Source: an uncultured Chloroflexia bacterium
GTDB taxonomy: Bacteria; Chloroflexota; Anaerolineae; JAAYZQ01
Assembly: GCA_963700285.1 (NCBI GenBank)
Contig: CAVOXA010000001.1
Coordinates: 448,001-512,000 of the forward strand
Direction: 5' to 3'
Length of the DNA stretch: 64,000 nucleotides
Shown here piece by piece: positions 52,059 through 60,924 of the stretch (position 1 is the first letter of the stretch; each line of letters begins with the position of its first letter). The notes under the pieces are model-generated. The model ran no database searches, was not told the origin of the DNA, and saw only the letters and a program-made list of their open reading frames with translations. Position numbers and translations under genes: made by a program.

Positions 52059-52829
52059 TCACGGCCCCTGAAACAGCCGCACCGTCTGGTAGTCATTTTC
52101 GCACGGAAAGCCGGCCAGTTGCGACCAGCCCACATACCCGTCTCGAACCTCAATGATGTGACTCGTTTCTGTGCCGAAACCATCAAGGCCATGGTTGCAG
52201 ATGGAGTATGGACCCTTTTTCGGGAGGTGCGAGCGCAGCATGGCCTTCAAGGCGCCGATACTGGTGATCGACTGTATCATGCCCCAGGCCACCTCGTGGC
52301 GGATCCGCGAACTTTGACTGTGGACCTCGGCCCGCTCGGGCTCGTGGGAGATGAGCGCAAAGTCGTTGGTCATGACAAAGTTGCCTTGGAACTCCTGGAT
52401 CTGGAACTCGGCCCCCATCACCTCGACCAGCAGCGTCCACGCCGGTGAGGCGACCAGGATCTTGCCACCTTGCACCCTGTGTTCGGCCACAAAGCCCTCG
52501 ACGATGGCTGGGACATCCTCCCGGCTTTGAGCCCGGCGTATCAGGTCTTCGCAGAGCAAGTCGTAGGTCACGTCAGGCGTTGAACACAGGTGCGTGTTGG
52601 CCACGCATATCCCATGCCTGTTCACGCCAATGGCGATGCCCTGCAACTCGCCCGTCTTGAGATTCGCGCCTTTCAGCACGTGGTAGTCGGGAGTCGACTG
52701 CCAGACCGTCATGCGGTTCGTCAGGTACTGGCTCGCCAAGTCCCGATTCTTGAAGAACAGGATCCCGTCTGGAATCTGAATGACGCCGGCCGTGCAGCCT
52801 TTGGGTACCTCTTGACGCGGACCTGACAT
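52059..52829 (-). CDS. Ntn-hydrolase (C45/AAT or C69-like) protein
   Basis: Near-N-terminal GCTAG...FFKNRD, GVNRHGICVAN, VMTNDF. Confidence 0.75.
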   Translation of the reverse strand: MSGPRQEVPKGCTAGVIQIPDGILFFKNRDLASQYLTNRMTVWQSTPDYHVLKGANLKTGELQGIAIGVNRHGICVANTHLCSTPDVTYDLLCEDLIRRAQSREDVPAIVEGFVAEHRVQGGKILVASPAWTLLVEVMGAEFQIQEFQGNFVMTNDFALISHEPERAEVHSQSSRIRHEVAWGMIQSITSIGALKAMLRSHLPKKGPYSICNHGLDGFGTETSHIIEVRDGYVGWSQLAGFPCENDYQTVRLFQGP

Positions 52830-52844
52830 GTGGGGGTTCCTTTC

Positions 52845-54435
52845 CTAGATGGCCTCAACCGGTTCGCCAAGGCCCTCGACCAACATCTGGTAGGTTTTTT
52901 CGATGCGGTCCCAGTGTTCCTCCCGGTCTAGGGACCAGAAGCGGCCGATGACCGTCGCCAACTGTCCTACGCCCAATCGTTCGGCTTCGCGCTCGACCTG
53001 TTCGACATAGATTCGCGCCGCTCTCCGGCCGCTCTCCGCGCCGACCCAGCATGGCGTGCATATGAACCTCCGGCACGCCCTCGCGGCGGGCCATCTCCAT
53101 CAGCGCCAGTAGGTGGTCCACCGAACCGTGAGAACTGTAGAAGGACACGATGCCCAGCAGATGCAGGCGGGTGCCGTCCTGCTTGGCGCCGCGCATGGCC
53201 CATAGGAACGCCTCGTTCTCAAACCAGGAGCCGTCCTCCAGGGCATGGTTGATACGCACCCGGTCGGCGGCTACCACGCGGCCCCCGCCGATGTGCAGGT
53301 GCCCTGATTCGGAGTTGCCCACTGTGCCGGCCGGCATGCCCACGGCTGGCCCGGAGGCCTGGATCTGTGCGCTGGGCCAGGCCGCGACCAGGTTATCCAT
53401 CACGGGCGTGTTGGCCTGAGCAATCAGATCACCCGGTCCGCCATCGCCAATGCCCCACCCATCCAGGATCAGGAGCAGAACGCGCTGCCGTCCTTCAGTT
53501 TCCGTTGTTGTCAGGGGGCTGCTGATGAGGCTCTGCCCGGTCATCGCCTCGGGCTGGGGCAACCCCATCAATTGCAGTACCGTGGGCGCCACGTCGGTCA
53601 GCGCGCCGCCACGACGTAGGCAAAGGCCATCCTGCTGGCCGGGGTTGATGAGGATGAAGGGCACTGGGCTGTCGGTGTGCCCGGTGTCGATGGCGCCGTC
53701 GGGATAGTACCAGCGTTCGACAGTGCCATGGTCGGCCGTCAGGACTGTGATCACCCCCGCCGCACGGGCAGCCTCTACCATGCGCCCCGCCTGGGTATCC
53801 ACAGTCTCTACGGCAGCCCGAATGGCTTCGGGGTTCTCGATATGTCCGATGACGTCCACGTTGCACAGATTCACCGTGACAAGGGCATTGGCGGGATCGC
53901 GCAGCGCCTCGATTGCCGCGTCGGCCACCGCAGCCGCCTTCATCTCCGGAGGCATGTCTGCATGGGAGGCTGGCCGCGGGGAGTCGACGACGATTCGCTC
54001 TTCGCCGGGAAAGGCCCCCTGCCCCTTGCCATTGAGGAAGAAACTGACGTGGATGGCTTTTTCTGACTCGACGACCTTGGTCTGCCGCAATCCGGCCTTG
54101 CTGACGACCTCGAAGAGGGTGTCTACCAATTGCCCCTGGGGCGGGAAGGCGACTTGGACATCCAGATCGGGGTGGTACTCGATCATGGTCGCAAAGTGTA
54201 CCGTCATGGGTGAGCGCGGAAAATGGGTAAAGTCGCGGTCGACGAAGGCTGAAGTCAGTTCGACCTCCCGCTCGCCCCGTATGTCATAGAAAACGACATA
54301 ATCCCCATCCTGGATGCTGCCTACCGGTTGGCCATCAGCATCCACCCGGACCAGTGGTTCCAACGATTCATCCTCTTGGCCCGCGCGGTAGGCTGTACGT
54401 ACCGCTTCAGCCATCGGGTATTTGTCTGCTGTCAT
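52845..54435 (-). CDS. 2,3-BPG-independent phosphoglycerate mutase-like enzyme, circularly permuted (frameshift near 53010)
   Basis: Canonical C-terminal motifs (NVDVIGH, TADHG, GHT, DVAPTVL...MTGQSL) precede canonical N-terminal motifs (LILDGWG, GNSESGH, GRFWSLDRE). GGAGG RBS before ATG 54435. Confidence 0.88.
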
Positions 54436-54793
54436 GTACTTCCTCCGGAAGACTGGTGTGGTTGGCGTTCGAAGTCGCAAGTGCCCTCTCGGGGCTACCA
54501 AGGGCGCGATGGCCAGACCTGACTCCTGCACGGCGGTCCATCTCGCTGCCCCGATGGCGGCGAACGGCGGACATTGTACATCAGATGGCCGGTTTGTGGA
54601 AATCCGGATCTGGCGGTCGTTCGCGGTGCTTCGATGGAGGACGGTGGGCAAGGGTACTCGGGGGAGAAGGGAGGCGATGCTTGCCAAATCACTCGTGTCA
54701 GGCTATAATGAATGTCACAAATGTGCAGCCGGGGTACCGGATGCGCACGATTCCATTGACTTTCGTACTGCGAATCACAGACTGGGGGACAGA

Positions 54794-55090
54794 ATGCCAT
54801 CCATTCCCAGAACAAGTGCCCTGAAACTGGCCAGCACGGCTCACGATTTGGGCGCTGAAGCTTTGCGGGGCCGGCTGGAACAGAATGAAGCAGGTCGCTG
54901 GACAATTGGCCATATTGAGATCGAATCATGGCTCTCACGCCATGACGGCAGTGAGTTGGTTCTCGCCGCAGCCGCTATCGATGAAGGTACGCCCATGACC
55001 TATACTCGCACCTGCCGGACCTGCGGCCGTGACTACGAAGGAAGGACCTGCCCTCACTGTGAGTCAGTACGCCAGCGTCTTCGCGGCTGA
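54794..55090 (+). CDS. Small hypothetical protein with C-terminal zinc ribbon
   Basis: CRTCGRDYEGRTCPHC; GGGGG RBS-like element before ATG 54794. Confidence 0.7.
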   Translation: MPSIPRTSALKLASTAHDLGAEALRGRLEQNEAGRWTIGHIEIESWLSRHDGSELVLAAAAIDEGTPMTYTRTCRTCGRDYEGRTCPHCESVRQRLRG

Positions 55091-55097
55091 GGGAGGC

Positions 55098-56465
55098 ATG
55101 GATATGAAAAACGAGTACGGGATGCCGAAACAAGTTCTTGCTGGAATGGGCTTGCTGCTCGCCTTGGTTGCCCTGAACCTGCTCGTGGCCGGTGTAGCCG
55201 ATGCCTTGCCGATGTCTCCAGAGCAGGCCGTGCCCAGCCACCGCGGCTTTGGGCTACGATCAGAGCTGGAGTCCGGTGCGTCCGCTGCCAGTACCGCCTT
55301 TTTGCCATTGGTTCTGCGCAGCGAATCGGCCGCCAACGTGTGGCTGGCCGAGTACTTTGATAATGGGAGCCTGAACGGCGTGCCCGTCAGGACGGTCGAG
55401 GAAAAGCGGATAGACTATGATTGGGAGGAAGACGCACCACCCGGCTTGCCGGACAACTATTTCTCCATCCGCTGGGCCGGAATGTGGGACTTTGAGGTCG
55501 GCGACTATACCTTTTTCGTCTACGCCGACGATGGTGTGCGCTTGTGGTTGGATGGCGTCCTGGTGATCGATGCCTGGTCGCCAGGCATGGGCGAGCACGA
55601 TGAAACGGTGCGGGTGACCGTGGCGGGTCCGCACAGTGTCAAAATCGAGTACTATGAGAGCCGGGGTGATGCAGCCATTCGCGTCCGCTGGCACCGTACA
55701 GACCTGTTCCCTGTGTGGAGCGGCGATTACTATGACAACCCGTGGGTGGAGGGCAATTCCCGCTTCTCCCAGGAAGACGCTGCGATCCAGTTTGACTGGG
55801 GCGACGGCTGCCCCGAGGATCTGCCCCCCAATAGCTGTAATCGCTTCTCAATTGCCTGGGAAGCGGAACCCGTGTTTGAAGTGGGCACGCACCGCATCCA
55901 TCTCTATGCAGATGAGGGCTATCGTCTCGATGTGGAGGGTGGTCCAGAAGCGGATGATGGTTGGTATGAAGGGCAGTCTTCTGAAGATGACTACTATGAC
56001 TTTGACGTGACGAGCATCGAGACCCGCCAGATCAGCTTTGATTTCCACGACCAGGGCGGTCCTGCTGAGGCCCGTCTCTGGATCGTGAATTTGGTACATC
56101 CTCTCTGGACTGCGGAATACTACAGCAACCGGAACTTGACCGGAACGCCAGACCTCACCCGCGAGGAGACGGCCGTTTTCCATGACTGGGGATTGGGCAA
56201 ACCGGACCACGGGCTGCCCACCAATAATTTCTCAGCCCGGTGGAGCGGCAAGCGCTACTTCCACGCCGGGTTCTATCGCTTTGGCGTTTTCGCCGATGAT
56301 GGCGTACGCCTGCGCGTGGACGGCGAACTGCTGGTGAATGCCTGGCAGGTGGGTAGGGGCACGCACTATGGGTTGCTAACCTTCCTGACTACCGGCTACC
56401 ATGACGTGGTCGTCGAATACTTTGAGGGCGAGGGCGAGGCCGAAGTCCGGTACTGGTGGGAATAG
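55098..56465 (+). CDS. Secreted protein with three PA14-like domains
   Basis: Signal peptide, AFLPLVLR, repeated W.AEY..N...I.YDW...FS.RW...ADDGVRL..DG...EYYE. Confidence 0.85.
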   Translation: MDMKNEYGMPKQVLAGMGLLLALVALNLLVAGVADALPMSPEQAVPSHRGFGLRSELESGASAASTAFLPLVLRSESAANVWLAEYFDNGSLNGVPVRTVEEKRIDYDWEEDAPPGLPDNYFSIRWAGMWDFEVGDYTFFVYADDGVRLWLDGVLVIDAWSPGMGEHDETVRVTVAGPHSVKIEYYESRGDAAIRVRWHRTDLFPVWSGDYYDNPWVEGNSRFSQEDAAIQFDWGDGCPEDLPPNSCNRFSIAWEAEPVFEVGTHRIHLYADEGYRLDVEGGPEADDGWYEGQSSEDDYYDFDVTSIETRQISFDFHDQGGPAEARLWIVNLVHPLWTAEYYSNRNLTGTPDLTREETAVFHDWGLGKPDHGLPTNNFSARWSGKRYFHAGFYRFGVFADDGVRLRVDGELLVNAWQVGRGTHYGLLTFLTTGYHDVVVEYFEGEGEAEVRYWWE

Positions 56466-56472
56466 GATAGGT

Positions 56473-57735
56473 ATGTTCTTCGACGAAGCCAAGATCTATG
56501 TCAAGGGCGGTGACGGCGGCGACGGCTGTGTCGCTTTTCGCCGTGAGAAGTATGTGCCCTTTGGCGGCCCTAGCGGCGGCCATGGTGGCGCAGGGGGCAG
56601 CGTCTACCTGGTGGTAGACCGCAATCTGAACACCCTGGTGCATTTCAAGAGCCGGTCCCATTTCAAGGCTGACCCTGGCGGGCGGGGCAGTGGGCAGAAA
56701 CAGCAGGGCAAAAGGGGAGAGGATCGCCTGGTCCCCGTCGCGCCGGGCACGATGGTCTACGACGTTGACACGGGCAAGCTTTTGGGCGACCTGGTGGACG
56801 ATGGCCAACGCCTGTTGGTGGCAAAAGGCGGGCGAGGCGGGCGGGGCAACAGCGCTTTTGCCTCTCCCACCAATCAGGCTCCCCGCATGGCAGAGCACGG
56901 GGAGCCTGCCCCGGAGCGCTGGCTGCGCCTGGAACTGAAGCTCATCGCCGACGTAGGCGTCATCGGCATGCCCAACGCGGGCAAGAGTACATTGCTTTCA
57001 GTTGTCAGCGCTGCCCGGCCCAAGATCGCAGCCTATCCCTTTACCACCCTCCAGCCCAATTTGGGCGTAGTACAGTTGGACGAATACAGATCCTTTGTTG
57101 TGGCTGATGTGCCGGGCCTGATTGAAGGTGCCAGTGATGGGGCTGGTCTTGGCCATCAGTTCCTTCGCCACGTAGAGCGTACTCGCCTTCTCATCCACCT
57201 GTTGGATGGGGGCGCCTCCGATCCCCTGGCCGACTATGAGTTGATCAACAGGGAGTTGGCCCAGTTTAGCCAGCGCCTGGCGGCCAAGCCCCAGCTTGTC
57301 GTACTCAACAAGATGGACCTGCCTGATGCCCAAGCCTGGTGGCCGTTGGTAGAGGAAGAGATGGGTGAACGGAATGTCGAGGTCCATGCCATCTCGGCCG
57401 TCAGCAAGGAGGGCGTTCGACCACTGATGCAGCGTACGTCTGCCTTGCTGCAGGCTCTGCCTCCTCCCGAGCCGGAGCCCGATGAGATTGCCGTTTTTCG
57501 GCCGGCCGAGCATGAAGATGCCTTCACCGTTGAAGAGATGGAGGATGGCTGGCGCGTGCGGGGTGTGCGTGTGGAGCGAGTGGCAGCGATGACACCCTTT
57601 GTGCTTCCCGAGGCTGTGGCTCGCTTTCAACGCCAGTTGAGGGCCATGGGTGTGGTGGATGTGCTGGAAGAGCGCGGTGTAGAACCGGGGGATCTGGTGC
57701 GCATCGGCGAGCGGGAGCTGGAATGGCAGCCTTGA
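56473..57735 (+). CDS. obgE: GTPase ObgE/CgtA
   Basis: MFFDEAKIYVKGGDGGDG..FRREKYVPFGGP, GMPNAGKS, YPFTT, DVPG, NKMD, C-terminal OCT domain. Confidence 0.97.
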   Translation: MFFDEAKIYVKGGDGGDGCVAFRREKYVPFGGPSGGHGGAGGSVYLVVDRNLNTLVHFKSRSHFKADPGGRGSGQKQQGKRGEDRLVPVAPGTMVYDVDTGKLLGDLVDDGQRLLVAKGGRGGRGNSAFASPTNQAPRMAEHGEPAPERWLRLELKLIADVGVIGMPNAGKSTLLSVVSAARPKIAAYPFTTLQPNLGVVQLDEYRSFVVADVPGLIEGASDGAGLGHQFLRHVERTRLLIHLLDGGASDPLADYELINRELAQFSQRLAAKPQLVVLNKMDLPDAQAWWPLVEEEMGERNVEVHAISAVSKEGVRPLMQRTSALLQALPPPEPEPDEIAVFRPAEHEDAFTVEEMEDGWRVRGVRVERVAAMTPFVLPEAVARFQRQLRAMGVVDVLEERGVEPGDLVRIGERELEWQP

Positions 57736-58355
57736 CCCAGCGTGGTGCCGAATCGGGTGCGCGGCTGGGAATCCTGGGCGGCACCTTCGACCCGATCCAC
57801 CATGGTCACCTGGTCGCCGCGGTCGAAGCCTGGTACCAGCTCCGATTGGACAAGGTCCTGGTCGCGCCAGCGGGAATTCCTCCTCACAAACCGAACAGAC
57901 CCATCTCTCCGACCTGTCACCGGCTGCGCATGCTTGAAATGGCCATCGCTGGACGGCCTCATCTTGAGATTTCCCGTGTGGACCTGGAGCATCCAGGACC
58001 CTGCTATACGGTGAATACCCTAGAGCGATTGCGAGCTGAATGGGGTCCCAAGCCTGCTTTCTTTTTCATCGTGGGTGCTGACTCACTGGCAGAGATGGTC
58101 ACCTGGTACAGGCCCCATCGCCTGATCGATCTGTGCGAACTGGCCGCCGTGGCGCGTCCCGGAATCGAGGTTGATCTACCCCGGCTGGAGGCACAGTTGC
58201 CGGGCCTTTCGTCCCGTGTCCATTGGGTACAAATGCCACTCTTGCAGATCTCTTCCAGCGACCTGCGAGCGAGGGTACGGGAAGGGCAGCCCATCTCATA
58301 TCTGGTACCTGGAGGGGTAGAGGCGTATATCTACGAGCAAAACCTATACTTGTAG
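57723..58355 (+). CDS. nadD: Nicotinate-nucleotide adenylyltransferase
   Basis: GILGGTFDPIHHGHL, PPHK, IVGADS, ISSS; obgE-nadD synteny. Confidence 0.95.
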   Translation: MAALTQRGAESGARLGILGGTFDPIHHGHLVAAVEAWYQLRLDKVLVAPAGIPPHKPNRPISPTCHRLRMLEMAIAGRPHLEISRVDLEHPGPCYTVNTLERLRAEWGPKPAFFFIVGADSLAEMVTWYRPHRLIDLCELAAVARPGIEVDLPRLEAQLPGLSSRVHWVQMPLLQISSSDLRARVREGQPISYLVPGGVEAYIYEQNLYL

Positions 58356-58471
58356 ATGACCCAATCACAGGAACTGCCTTCTGATAGGCGACGAATGACG
58401 ATGGACGAAACATACTCTACCAGTCTATTGACCGACGTTCGTTGGAACAACTAGGAGGTTTAAGTAGCAAT

Positions 58472-59200
58472 ATGGCCTTTCTATTGGAAGAACTTTGCTG
58501 GCCCGATGTACAGGAATACCTTCGGCACGACGACCGGCTGATCTTGGTGGTGGGAAGCACCGAGCAGCATGGCCGGCATATGACCTTCGCCAGCGATACT
58601 TGGCAGCCGTGGGAGATTGCCCAACGGCTCAGCGAGCGGACCGGTGTGTTGCTGGCGCCACCGGTGAACTATGGCATGTCTCTCCATCACCTGGGATTCC
58701 CTGGTAGCCTGAGTCTGCGTCCTCATACCCTGTCGTCCATCATCGTGGACCTGCTGGAAAGCGCCTACCAGCACGGCTTCCGGAAGATTTTTATCCTAAA
58801 TGGCCATGGTGGCAATACCGCGCCCATTCATGTGGCCTTGATCGAGGCCCTGAACGAACTCCCTGGTCTGCAAGTACGAGCGGAGGCCTGGTGGCGCGTG
58901 CCAGAGATCCAGCAGGTGTTCGAGATGGCCGGTCTTGATGCTCCGAGCCATGCCGATGCAGGTGAGACATCTGTGGTAATGGCCATTCGTCCCGACGTTG
59001 TACGACTGGATCGGGCAGAGTACAGCCCAGGCGCGCCCATGGCCATATTTTTGACGAAGCAGGTCTTTCAAGAACATTTTCCCCACGGTGTGATTGGCAC
59101 CGATCCCCGACTGGCCTCGGCTGAAATCGGAGAGCGGGTCCTGGCAGCGGCAGTTTTGAAATTTGAGAAGCTCCTTGGCGAGTGGATGCCAGGCATTTAG
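58472..59200 (+). CDS. Creatininase/creatinine amidohydrolase family protein
   Basis: GSTEQHG, NGHGGN, HADAGETS. Confidence 0.9.
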   Translation: MAFLLEELCWPDVQEYLRHDDRLILVVGSTEQHGRHMTFASDTWQPWEIAQRLSERTGVLLAPPVNYGMSLHHLGFPGSLSLRPHTLSSIIVDLLESAYQHGFRKIFILNGHGGNTAPIHVALIEALNELPGLQVRAEAWWRVPEIQQVFEMAGLDAPSHADAGETSVVMAIRPDVVRLDRAEYSPGAPMAIFLTKQVFQEHFPHGVIGTDPRLASAEIGERVLAAAVLKFEKLLGEWMPGI

Positions 59201-59237
59201 TCGTTGTTGCAAACTGACGTGAGAATCATCGACCCGG

Positions 59238-59268
59238 GTCCCTGTCCTTAGAAGGACAGGGACTTTTT
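59238..59268 (+). terminator. Rho-independent terminator
   Basis: GTCCCTGTCCT-TAGA-AGGACAGGGAC followed by TTTTT. Confidence 0.85.
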
Positions 59269-59353
59269 GGTATGACAGGCGCAGTGCAACATGCCAGCGG
59301 AGAAACCCGGGGTCTACAGTTTCCAGTTTTCCACATGGGCACAACTGGTCACA

Positions 59354-59382
59354 TTGCACAAAGAAACAAAGTGTGATATAAT
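59354..59382 (+). promoter_or_regulatory. Sigma70 promoter of the amino-acid ABC operon
   Basis: TTGCAC-17 nt-TATAAT with an extended TGn. Confidence 0.7.
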
Positions 59383-59663
59383 GGTTGTGTTGTCCCAGAT
59401 CCAGATTTGGCGATGCTCACGCCTGCTAGCGAAACTAGCGCCCCAGCGGGCGTGGTAGACTGTATCATTGGGATTTGGCGCTATGGAGGTTCCCCATCTC
59501 GGAAAAGGCGCGTGAGTTCGGCGCCTTCAGAAGCAGTTCTCCGCTGTGCCTGGGAAAACAGGATAGCTCTAGAAAGGGGGTGTTCATCCGCAGAAAGCCT
59601 TTTGGGCGAGAATGGCGATCGATGTGAGAAGAGACATTCAAGAACCTGAAGGAGGAGGAAAAG

Positions 59664-60794
59664 ATGAATCGCAAGACCATGTCTGTCCTGTTGACACTGT
59701 TGGTTCTGATTGCCCTGGTGCTATCCGCTTGTAGCGCCAACCAAGAGTGCCCCGAGTGCCCTGAATGCCCCCAAGCCGAAGAGTGCCCGCAGTGCCCCGA
59801 GACCGCCGCATGTCCCGAGTGCCCCGAGGCCGCGACGGGCCAGGATATCCTGGGTACAGTCATGGACCGTGGGAGGCTGATCTGTGGCTCCCGTACTGAT
59901 TTGTTGGGTTTTGGCTACCTGGACGAGAGCGGCAACAACGTTGGTTTTGACATTGACCTCTGCCGGGCTGTGGCCGTCGCCCTTTTCAATGACCCTAAGG
60001 CGGTAGAGTTTGTGCCGCTGACAGCGGCCGAGCGCGGTCCCGCCTTGCAGACAGGCGAGATTGACATGCTGTCGCGCAACGTAACTTGGACTACCAGCCG
60101 TGATGCCCAGTGGGGCAATTTCACCCAGGTCATGTTCTACGACGGCCAGGGCATGATGGCCCGCGTCGCCGATGGGTATGCCACCCTGGAGGACTTGGAC
60201 GGCGCCACGGTGTGCGTGACTACCGGCACTACCACCGAAAAGAATCTGTCCGACAACTTCCGCCAGCGCGGCCTGGCCTATGAGGCGGTGACCTTTGAGG
60301 ACACTGCGTCGGTCTATAGCGCCTACGAGGATGGCCGTTGCGACGCAGCCACCAGCGACAAGTCGCAGTTGGCTGCTGTCCGGGAGGGGTTCGCCGTTCC
60401 CGACGACCACATCATCATGGATGTCACCATGTCCAAGGAACCACTGACGCCGGCCGTACCCACGGGCGACGACCAGTGGTTCGATGTGGTCAAGACGACC
60501 ATGTGGATCCTGATCTATGCCGAGGAGCTGGGTGTCAACTCTGCCAATGTCGACGAGATGATGACTAGCGACAATATCGAGGTCCTGCGTCTGCTGGGCA
60601 AAGAGGGAAGCTTCGGCCAGGAGGACCTGGGGCTGGCCACCGACTTTGCGGCCAACGTGATCCGCACCGTGGGCAACTATGGTGAGATTTATGATCGCTA
60701 TATGGGGCCTGATGGGGATGCCTTCGACCTGCCCCGCGGCCTCAACGAGCTCTGGACCAACGGTGGCCTGCTCTACGCGATTCCGCCCCGCTGA
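59664..60794 (+). CDS. aapJ: General L-amino acid ABC transporter substrate-binding lipoprotein (AapJ/BztA-like)
   Basis: GFDIDLCRAVA, LSRNVTWT, FYDGQG, VCVTTGTTTE, SKEPL, VGNYGEIY, LWTNGGLLYA. Confidence 0.9.
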   Translation: MNRKTMSVLLTLLVLIALVLSACSANQECPECPECPQAEECPQCPETAACPECPEAATGQDILGTVMDRGRLICGSRTDLLGFGYLDESGNNVGFDIDLCRAVAVALFNDPKAVEFVPLTAAERGPALQTGEIDMLSRNVTWTTSRDAQWGNFTQVMFYDGQGMMARVADGYATLEDLDGATVCVTTGTTTEKNLSDNFRQRGLAYEAVTFEDTASVYSAYEDGRCDAATSDKSQLAAVREGFAVPDDHIIMDVTMSKEPLTPAVPTGDDQWFDVVKTTMWILIYAEELGVNSANVDEMMTSDNIEVLRLLGKEGSFGQEDLGLATDFAANVIRTVGNYGEIYDRYMGPDGDAFDLPRGLNELWTNGGLLYAIPPR

Positions 60795-60924
60795 GCCGGA
60801 ACGAGATCGTCCGGGACCAGCGCTAGCCCTCACCGGCCGGAGCTGTATCCTACCAGTCGCCCTTGGCAAGGGTGGTGCGGGCCACGGCTCGCCCACCTTT
60901 GCCGGGCTTTGACACAGGGCCAAT

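Noticed and set aside
58472-59200. Mycofactocin (MftE) system
   Set aside because: A creatininase-family gene alone, with no mftABC or radical SAM neighbours.
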